DNA from: Dimorphilus gyrociliatus
Taxonomy: Eukaryota > Animalia > Annelida
Length of the DNA: 64,000 nucleotides
Direction of reading: 5' to 3'
NCBI GenBank assembly: GCA_904063045.1
Contig: CAJFCJ010000018.1
Span: 186,001 to 250,000, forward strand
The first letter of the stretch is position 1. The number at the start of each line of letters is the position of its first letter. The notes below the pieces were generated by a model that was not told where the DNA came from, did not search any database, and worked only from the letters and a program-made list of their open reading frames with translations. Made by a program: the position numbers and the translations under genes. This document shows, piece by piece, positions 55,278-64,000 of this stretch.

Positions 55278-55503
55278 TTCGTCCATTTTATAATGAAAGA
55301 GAATCGAGAGAAGACTTAAATACTGAGGAAGTTCTAACAGAATCTGACGATACAGATGAAGATCTGTGAGTAAAAAATTGTATAAGAATGCTAGAATTTG
55401 TTTAGTATTTGTAATCAGCTTTCTCAATATTTGCTATTCGACCGTCAATGAATCGGATATTTCCAATTCGTCGGAAACAATGTCTGAGGAGAGCTTGTTC
55501 TAA
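55278..55503 (+). CDS. Two phase-compatible 3' exons (55278-55365, 55419-55503) encoding an acidic/Ser-rich tail; parent gene unresolved
   Basis: AG/GT boundaries and a 53-nt intron give RPFYNERESREDLNTEEVLTESDDTDEDL-FLNICYSTVNESDISNSSETMSEESLF then stop. Confidence 0.45.
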
Positions 55504-55855
55504 GGATATTAACTTTCAACTTGAAGTGTTGTACCATATATTCTGGATCTCATTCTGACGCTAATAAAATAACTAATTAGTTTTTAAATAAATACATGTA
55601 ATATAAGCCAAAAGTTTAATAATGAAGCTACTGAAAGAAAAGCAGCAAGGCAAATGTGCAGCATAAAAAAATACAATAATTAAATTATTACTTAATAACC
55701 AGTCTATCGAGATATAATAGATGTGTTGCCTGACAGTTATTCTAATATGGCTCATATGGAACAATTGCTTTTTCTAACTATTATCAAGATATTTGATTAT
55801 CTTCAACATACTACTGTAAATTTTAACAATAATAAACTTTGAAGATAATAATAGT

Positions 55856-55915
55856 CAGCGCCATCTTGTGAAACAATATCAAATTTTTTGAAGATGAGGT
55901 AATGCCATCTGGGGA
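55856..55915 (-). promoter_or_regulatory. Tandem CTCF-like motifs (TCACAAGATGGCGCTG and CCCCAGATGGCAT on the minus strand)
   Basis: Two same-orientation GC-rich matches lie about 45 nt apart in AT-rich intergenic DNA. This is a motif match only. Confidence 0.4.
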
Positions 55916-56091
55916 AATTATTTCGATCGTTAATTTAATATTATCATATTTGTTAGAAATGTAATTTAGTTATTGCTCATAAAATCACGATAAACCTCTA
56001 ATAAGGTCATTTTCATGTAATAAAGCGGTTAAGAAATATAGAATATGCCTTCGAGTAAAGTACCCTCATTACCCATTTGACACAAACAACC

Positions 56092-56809
56092 ATGTTTTTC
56101 TCCTTTTTATTAAATTCTGCCAAGAAACGAAAATATCTCAGGAAAGAATGCGATAAATCGTGCCCGGATATAAAAGAAGAGATATATAATTGGCATTTCC
56201 ATAGAAGCACACGTAACGGCATTGTAAGGTGCAGACATTTTACCGAAAGGATGGTTCAAGAATGCCACAAAATAAGTGAAGGAAAATTGGAAAGGTTTAG
56301 TTGTTCAGCTGAATGTTGTGGAAATGCTTTAGATGGACAGACTTGCTGTGGTTTCTTCGATCAGTAAGTATTATATAAATAAATACATAAATAAGTTAGA
56401 TATCTAGGGATTTCAACAGTCAAGTAAATATCTTTGGACTTCTTATAGCCTGTGCAAGCTTGCTATTTTCAATTACAATCATCATATATGTTAAATTTTT
56501 TTTCAAGAAAGGAGAAAGTAATTCACAATGTAAGTTCTTTCAATTTCTATAGACATTTTATCGAGTAAATTGTCAAAAAAAACAATATATTAACACCTGA
56601 AAAGGGGAGATGGAATAAGTTGATTTACTTAAGTAACTATTTATAAACGAATCTGCCCGATCTTTTGCTTTCAATATTAGATTTTATTCGAATAGTGTAC
56701 GTTATATAGGTTGAATATTTTTGCAGCTATACCAGATTCTGCTCTACAAGAACGCAAGCGTAGTAACAATTTGACCGTAGAAGATGTTACAAACGAAAGC
56801 CAAGCCTAG
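56092..56809 (+). CDS. Small Shisa-like single-pass membrane protein (C-C-CC-CC ectodomain); start uncertain
   Basis: ECHK..FSCSAECCGNALDGQTCCGFFDQ splices (GTAAGT donor at 56364, acceptor about 56408) to DFNSQVNIFGLLIACASLLFSITIIIYV-KFFFKK, then a last exon ending ESQA-stop. Confidence 0.55.
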
Positions 56810-57040
56810 AAAGCAAAGGGAAACGTGCTTTCACTTAATTTTTCTTCTTTACTGCGAGTAAAGAGGATTCTTAGTCAAATAGCCATACATATACATTTGA
56901 AAATCTATTATCATCACTTAAAGATGAAATATAATAATGTAGATCCTATATTAGATATAATAGTTTATAAATATTTCTATAAATAAATGTTATATCTTAT
57001 AAGAGAACCAAAGAATTGTAAATATATCTGATAGATTATG

Positions 57041-57697
57041 CTATTCTATGGTATAATTTCTTAATGCCTTCTTTTGTCCATTCTCTATAACAATGAACTT
57101 CTGACCTGGTGGTATGGATTTGGCGGATGCTCTTTTTTCATCATTAATTATCGTAATTGTTCCGTCTTTCGCAAAAGCATCATTAACATATGCATATCCG
57201 TCTGATGTCGACACTGTCGATGGATCTTCACTAAATATTGGAGGAGAGGTGGGTGGTATCGGAGGTGAAGTGTAGGAGTTTCTCATCTGGTTATATTTTT
57301 GGAGGTGCTTATTATGCTGTCGTCTACGTTCTATAGTATGCATGGCTGTAGTTTGTTTTTGCCTAAAATACGAAAAATTCCATTAATTCCATATTGTATA
57401 ATACATCGGTGGCTAAAAAGGGTCACTAACTTAACTAGACTTACTTCAAAGTGTGTATATAATAGCCCAAGAGCAAACATCCGAGTAATATCATAAATGT
57501 TCCCGCTCCAAAACATATAATAGTAATTATGAGAGCTGCAAAAAGCCAAAATGACAAGAAATCAGTAAAATACTTGGTGAGTGCATGATGTAGGAATTAA
57601 TACCTGTATTAGAATTATCCTCCTTAATAGAGAGAGTAGATGTTGATTTTGCAGTTGTTTCAATTAAAATCGGCGATTCACTTGACAGAGCAGTCAT
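57041..57697 (-). CDS. Orphan single-pass membrane protein with a short Ser/Thr-rich N-terminus and a Pro/Tyr-motif cytoplasmic tail, 3 exons
   Basis: MTALSSES..SNT, ALIITIICFGAGTFMILLGCLLLGYYIHTL and KQKQTTAMHTIERRRQ.. join in frame through two GT-AG introns. Confidence 0.7.
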
Positions 57698-58212
57698 ATT
57701 TACATTTTATGAGCAGAAATAAATGAAAAAATTATTATGGCACGTAGAACTTTCTTTCAGTGATTCGCACGAACTGTACAACCGAACCTTTCAATATGGT
57801 GGCTTAAAGGGTGCTTTGTGTTCCGTAGTAGCTTGAAACTGCGTTCAATATGAATTTGATATATGCTTAGTAATCTAAATTACAAGAAGTCCTTTTAATG
57901 TAAACTTCGGCGGCGAATCAAAAAAGATATTATTTACACATATTTAAGAATAGGAATTGTAATTTTTAGACTACACAACTAATAATTATAAACTATAAAG
58001 TGCAAATATGTATAAAATACACTTATTTATATAAACGCGTATGGAGCTTTTGTGAAAGCTTAGTATGACATAAAGATTCGGATACCTCATTTTCAGTTAA
58101 TTTGAAAATCAATCCTATTTGATGGTCTTCGATCGCCAGCAAACGGCGTTTTGCTTTTAAGTATGAAAAGCATTTGACTTCAATCAGGCAGTACGCTTTT
58201 TTTGCGTTCACC

Positions 58213-59429
58213 ATGGAAGAAAAATATATTCGTAAGGACAACTTCTAAACAATTGTTATTCTTAAAAAGACCTTTATTATTTCTTTATATTGTTTTTTTT
58301 AGTCGCTTATTTCTGTATAGCTGTTTTTACTGTTATGGTGCTCACGGCTTATTGCATCTTTTTATATATCTTCTGGATTAATAGGTAAGAAAAGATTTAT
58401 AATTAAATTATTAGTTCTTTTTAACCTTAGCTCCTTCCATTCACTTTATTTCGATTACGTACCTCTGTTGTAGTGTATGCAATTAACTATATCTTAAGAT
58501 GTTCTATAAAAATTTTAGTAGCATTTTCTAGTATCTAAATAATAGAATATGGAGGCAGCTTCTCTCTTTATTCGACATGTTCTAAATGAAAACCAATGAG
58601 TAATTTTGTTAAATCCAATTAAATAGAGTTGCTTGTTACCTATTCAATTAACTACGACGTCATGATGAGGCTGTCTCTATATTCTGATTAGCTAATTTAC
58701 TTCGAAATGCTTTAAAAGTATCTTCGAAATTTCAAAGAATAGTCAAATTACTCAAAAAACTTACTGACTTTGAACATCTGACACTGGCCATAAAAAGGCG
58801 ATCATTTTAATTTCGTACACACAGTTCAAAGAGTGATTATTTATTGTTCTCTTTGTTTAAGCTAAACTTTTTTCAGGAAAAGGTATATAAAAATCCGGAA
58901 GAGACTTAAAGATGAAAATGCACTACATCACTGGCATTCATTTTACATAAGAGAAGAACAATACTTATCAAATAATAAAGCAAGTGATGACCGATTTTCC
59001 GATATTTCAGAGGAAAATGTCAGCTGCAGTAAAATTTCACTTTCACGCAAATCTCTCTGCGAAACTAGTGATGTAGCAGTAGTCAAATCTGCTCCCGAAA
59101 CAAAAAAACCCATAACATCAAAAGAAAAGGAGCTCAAGAATGGGGATGATGAAATTAATATAGAGATAAAAGATGACGATCTGACTCATTTACCAGATAT
59201 TTCTTTTATATCTGAACCTCAAAATGATTTTCCAGTGGATGATCTGGTAAAAGAAACTGATTTCAAACCACATTCATCTTTTTTAGCAAAAGAAAGTAAA
59301 AGAGCAGTAATTGAACAATTAATTCGAACAATGGGAAAGGAGACAAAGTCATTGAATGGTCGAAAGATTCCCAATATTCGAGGGGTTAACAATCCGGTTT
59401 TCATTGTAGAAGATGAATACGATGCTTAA
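58213..59429 (+). CDS. Orphan single-pass membrane protein with almost no ectodomain, 3 exons
   Basis: It starts at a strong Kozak ACCATGG at 58213 (MEEKYI). The TM exon (about 58302-58384) reads AYFCIAVFTVMVLTAYCIFLYIFWINR and has a phase-2 join to the open exon 58877-59429 (KRYIKIRKR..GVNNPVFIVEDEYDA). Confidence 0.65.
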
Positions 59430-61584
59430 ATAGGAAGGCGTGCTTTAAAGAAGCTTATTTCATCAAGAATGTATTTTCCATCTTTTAATGAAAATTTGTA
59501 CATATAGGCATTAGATGTATCTAGATACCACTAAAAACAGGCTATGCTGAATATGCACATGCTGGCTAATTTATTCCTTACAGTAAGGAAAAGTGATATT
59601 CTAGCTGTCAATGGCTTCTATTGGTCGTTGATTATGCTGAAAAATTATAAAAAGGACTAAAAGCTTAAAGGTGGTCTGTATTTAGTTCTTATTTCAATGT
59701 ATTCCTTTGAGGATCTTTTTCATAAAAGCAATTTAATCTGTAAAACAAATATTTTTCAAAAAATGCACAAGGTAACCTCTTTTGAAAGAGAATTTCTAGA
59801 AGTAAAAATCGAAAATTGCTTTTTCTTAAGATTTACTTTTTTCACCTTACATGACAACTGATAAATTCAATATGATGGTGTTTTGCCGCTAGCGAAAATT
59901 GTTGCCAAGGTAACAGGCGTTACACACCTGTATTCCCTTAAACGAAACAGTGTTGTTTCTCCCTCTGTGTAACTATGACGTCAAAAGAAAAGGTATTTTC
60001 CCAAAGAGACGGGTTTTTCGATTAGTTTATACCTGGCGCAGGTGTGCAATGTAGAGGATGACACTATTTCACCATTTATGAGGATAGTAAGTCTATTATT
60101 ATTTGTAATACAAGGCTAATTCTGAAACTTTTATCTTTCAAAATGCATATATGTACTCTGTAAAATCTTTATGCGTTTTCTATCATTCAATTTTACTCAG
60201 CTACACTTTAGAAACTATCTCCATTAAACTAATTTTGCTCCAGTAAATTTGACCAACGTGTAAACGTCTTAATGACACGACTAATCGCAATAATGCTCTA
60301 TTTCAATTAAAAAATTTATCATATAAAATCACAATTAATTGCAGCGAAGCTTTATTTGATACTTGTTATGTATAAATATTATATGACCTAGACGAGCTAG
60401 CTATCTTCAAATTTCATTTATTTAAAGGAATAAACTCATGGAATGATGAACCAAGAGTTTAAATTATGCACTTAAAATCAATCTCGACTAGTGGAGGCAA
60501 AAGACATATAATATACGTCGAGATGTTACTGACAACATTTCTACTGGTTCCAACTTACTACTCTTACAGATTATTCTATTAAAGTTTGTTATCTTGCAAA
60601 TGTTCCAAGTAAGACGAGCAAATTTCTATAATTAAGTAAATATACATATATACAGAAATATTTTAAATATAATATATATGCTTGTGTAAGAATATTAAAA
60701 TTAGCTTAAATATTCTGTATATTATATATTTGACAATGCTTATGCAGTATCTCATAGTAGATTCTTATTTATTGAGGAAAAAGCTTTAAATTTTAATAGC
60801 ATATTATAAGATTTATTCTAGAAAAAAAATACTTTTTTTTAGCTACCTTATTTGTTGTGAAAATGATTTTGTGTTCTTTTCAACCAAAGTATATTTACTT
60901 TTGACTTCAATAAATCTTTTTGGACAATAAAAACATAAGAAGTTCTGTTCCGCTTTTTAAACAAAAATGATTTGCTATAAATTCCTGAATAAATCCACAA
61001 ATTAAAAGAATATTGTAAACTATGAAGGATAATCTTTGATGTATAATTTAGTTCCTACTTTGTAATTTTAAATCATACTTATATCTGTATTACTTTTGTT
61101 GCTATAGATTGCAGTAACAATAATCAAATGAGGTTATACAAATGGGACAACCGGCAATGCTAAGACGCTTTGTGTAGATCAACAAGTGCGTATCTTCATT
61201 GACCCGGTTATATCACAACTGATGTATTTCTATTTTATATCTATGTATTGGAATCACTATAAATGAGTACTTTTCACAAAGGGTAATTTTTTATAGTCTC
61301 GCCATTGTATTTTATATTGTGAAACAGTTTTGAAAAGACTCATTATAAGATTGGGGACACTTAAAACACATGAGAACTGTTTAAAACATTTTATTTACTG
61401 AATGTAAGTAGCCTCTTTGTAAATTTCCATTAATTTGTTTCAGAAATTCGTCCATTTGATGTTCTTAAAACTTTATGTCTTTCAAGTCTTAATTAATATA
61501 TTCCTTGAAATTTTGTTCTTCTTTACTAAAAAATTGTCGATAAATAATTTTATAGTTAGTATAAAATACATAAATTTACTTCCA

Positions 61585-61667
61585 ATATATATATATATAT
61601 ATACATATAAATTTATACATATATACATACATACGATATCATGGCTTTGTATATATATATATATATC
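61585..61667. repeat. Interrupted (TA)n microsatellite; similar short tracts near 38716-38760 and 45480-45510
   Basis: Read directly from the sequence. Confidence 0.85.
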
Positions 61668-62504
61668 TTTATTAGAAATTTCTTAAAGGAATCTATATAT
61701 AGATTTATACAGCAGTTATATGTAGTTTTTTGATGGAGCTGAATTATTATTGGATATTTAAACTTATTCTGTTCCGGAATGAATTTGCTTGTTGTTAGAC
61801 AATATGGTGAATTCTTTCTATATATAGTTTTATATCCTTTACTCTAAGCAACTAAAACTAACGACGTAATGAAAAATATATACATTTACATATAAATTAA
61901 AAGATATAGGAAAATAGCTATAGAATAGCATAGAAAAATGATAATTTTTCCACTTAATTGCCTATAATGTTTTGTTACCATGGCAACATGTCAATGCACT
62001 CATGGTGACGAGTAAACGTGCTGAAACATAAACAAAGGACGCTTAAATATGGTAATTAATCTGATTTTAAATGTACGGAAAATAGAAAACGATATTTCTA
62101 AAATTAAAAGTTTTTGAACGAGTATTTTGTTATATTTCTTAGTTTTCAGGCAATATAAAACGTTTCAAATAATTTTATATGCCAAGTCTCATCTAGAGTT
62201 GAGATGAAAGTGATTTGGAAAAAGTTAATTTTTGTAAGACATACCAATTATAAAGACGAATATATTTTATCATCAAAGAAATCGAAGGCGAAACGCCGAT
62301 TCAGCAAAGTACTTATTCCATATGCAGGTTTCCTCCATATATCTTTCATATCTAGGCCTAGATTCCCTTTTGAGCTTCTTTAATTTAATACGCATATACT
62401 GCTCTAATTATATCATGTGTACTCTTTCAGGATAGGAGAGCAATAGTGGACCGTGATGAAACGATAATTTTTGTGCTATAAAAAACTTATAACTGGCAAA
62501 AATT

Positions 62505-62827
62505 ATGGGCTCCTTTTCAAGCAAGAAACAGATAAACGTTGTTCAAGGAAGAAGTTTAACCTTGGAAATTCAGGGCAAAAAACTTGAGCCTCATATTCAG
62601 GTTCCTAGAAGGTACTAATTGCATTTCTTTTATTTTTATTCCATTTTATTCTCGAATATAAACTAATAATTATCTTTTGCCGAAATTGACAGCTAGCATT
62701 TAATGTAGAAATTATAATTTCAGTAAATCAGTAAAATCTCCCCACAAAAATCCAAATGATATGCACACTGGTAATAAGCAACAAGCAGTAGTTCAGCCAA
62801 TACCAGTCAATGTAAATTCAGCTAAAG
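62505..62827 (+). CDS. Two 5' coding exons (62505-62611, 62724-62827) beginning MGSFSSKK; probable alternative N-terminus of the downstream PDE1-like gene
   Basis: The frame is open across a GT-AG intron and ends with a phase-1 GTAAGC donor. The start matches the N-myristoylation consensus MGxxxSK. Confidence 0.55.
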
Positions 62828-63672
62828 GTAAGCCATCTCTTCTTAGTTTTTCAATTGTATAAATATTTATGAGGTACCTCCGTGACAAATGATCATACAA
62901 ATTCTTTTTGTATGCTATTTTTTTCTGTCTTTGCTTCCTTTTACCTTGTGCAGAAATTTTGATAAATCAAATGCCTTTCAACTAAAATTCTACGCAAGTA
63001 TATTCGATTGGTGAAGTTTTCCTTTCAATTTTAAAGAGAACATTGAATAGGCTTTTCAGCTAACTCTATAATTTTCCAATGAGCTATACATCTAATGTAA
63101 AGGATGTAATTATTCAAGTACAGCGGTCGTTCCTTTTCCTAAAAAAGAATACTATACCCTTACTCAAATCGAACGTGTTAATTATGTCACTTTGTATAAT
63201 TAAACGTCTAATTTTTAAAATTTATTTCCGCCTTTAAACGGTTAAATTATATTGCACGAAAATTGTGATAATCTTAGGCTTAAAGGATCAATAATGAATT
63301 TCTTAGTATGTAAAAACTACTCAGACATTACCCACTAATTGATTATCGACAAAATATTGATTCTATGTGTTTAAATGTTTAAATTTAAATAGAGAAAGAT
63401 TTAGAAATCAGTGAAAATCCAAGTAACGAGATGATAATAATAAGAAATTTTATTTTTACTTTAAAGACAAGTTAACAGCTACAACAAAGCAACTTGGCAT
63501 TTCATTTATAATACTAATTCGTAGTAAGCGCGACATCTGTCGGATACTAATTACATTAAAAATGTATATGAGAAACGCGTATTCTTTGCATCTCACGTTT
63601 CTCCGGGCAGAGTGCTGTTGTTTTTCTTGTTTCCATTTTATTTAAAAAAAAATTGGAATAAACTAGAAGAGC

Positions 63673-63781
63673 ATGAAAAAGTCGAAAGCAGATCAGCCTC
63701 CTGACGCTGCAGCCATATTTCGGCAATTTCAAAGAACGAAAAGTGCGACTTTTACAGTGGATGGAACTGCATATACAATAG
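63673..63781 (+). CDS. PDE1: 5' coding exon of a probable Ca2+/calmodulin-dependent phosphodiesterase (PDE1); the gene continues off the right edge
   Basis: MKKSKADQPPDAAAIFRQFQRTKSATFTVDGTAYTI resembles the recalled PDE1C3-type N-terminal motif F..CRSATFSIDGYSFTI. It ends with a phase-1 GTATGC donor. No catalytic domain is in the window. Confidence 0.55.
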
Positions 63782-64000
63782 GTATGCTTTCTAACAGGTG
63801 CGCTAATTTTTAGACGCTTTAATTTATGATTCAGTCTATCGGCAATAAAAAATAGATTAAAATTGTTGACAAAACAAATGGATAAATCTTTTACTAATAA
63901 TTCTTCAACAAATCAGATTTGAATATGAGAAAAAATGAGATAGAAAAATAAGGAGCAGTAGATACTATTAGTAAAAAGTTCATAGCATATGTCTTCAGAT

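Noticed and set aside
59430-62500. Long gene-free region examined for transposons, ncRNAs and hidden exons
   Set aside because: It contains only short ORFs and TA microsatellites, with no TIRs, transposase/RT motifs, tRNA or C/D-H/ACA pattern that I could support.

Overview
This is eukaryotic, not prokaryotic, DNA. It is a very AT-rich, gene-dense animal region with many short GT-AG introns (mostly 45-90 nt) and intergenic gaps of often only 0.1-0.5 kb. The gene set (Nedx/lms-type homeobox, unsplit KMT2C/D, CENP-K, relaxin-type LGR) and the compaction fit a miniaturised spiralian genome such as the annelid Dimorphilus; the species call is inference only. About 22 protein-coding genes are supported. 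In order they are: DUSP10-like 5' exon (-), secreted LRR protein (-), a 19 kb KMT2C/D (+) with a BTB-less kelch gene nested antisense in one intron, TM-SPRY protein (-), an unknown coiled-coil gene (+), coilin (-), CFAP410 (+), Nedx-like homeobox (-), SVOP (-), LDLa-LRR-GPCR (-), SMCR8 (-), CLYBL (+), CCSER-like (-), CENP-K-like (+), two divergent C-type-lectin receptors, several small orphan single-pass membrane genes, and the probable 5' end of a PDE1 gene with alternative first exons. I found no rRNA, tRNA, CRISPR array or recognisable transposon. Exon boundaries were read by eye from splice consensus and frame continuity. Family calls come from remembered motifs, not database searches. I do not see a clearly new multi-gene system. 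The best leads are the nested antisense kelch gene, unusual features inside KMT2C/D, the cluster of lectin receptors and adaptor-like membrane proteins at 50.5-59.4 kb, and the PDE1 alternative N-termini.
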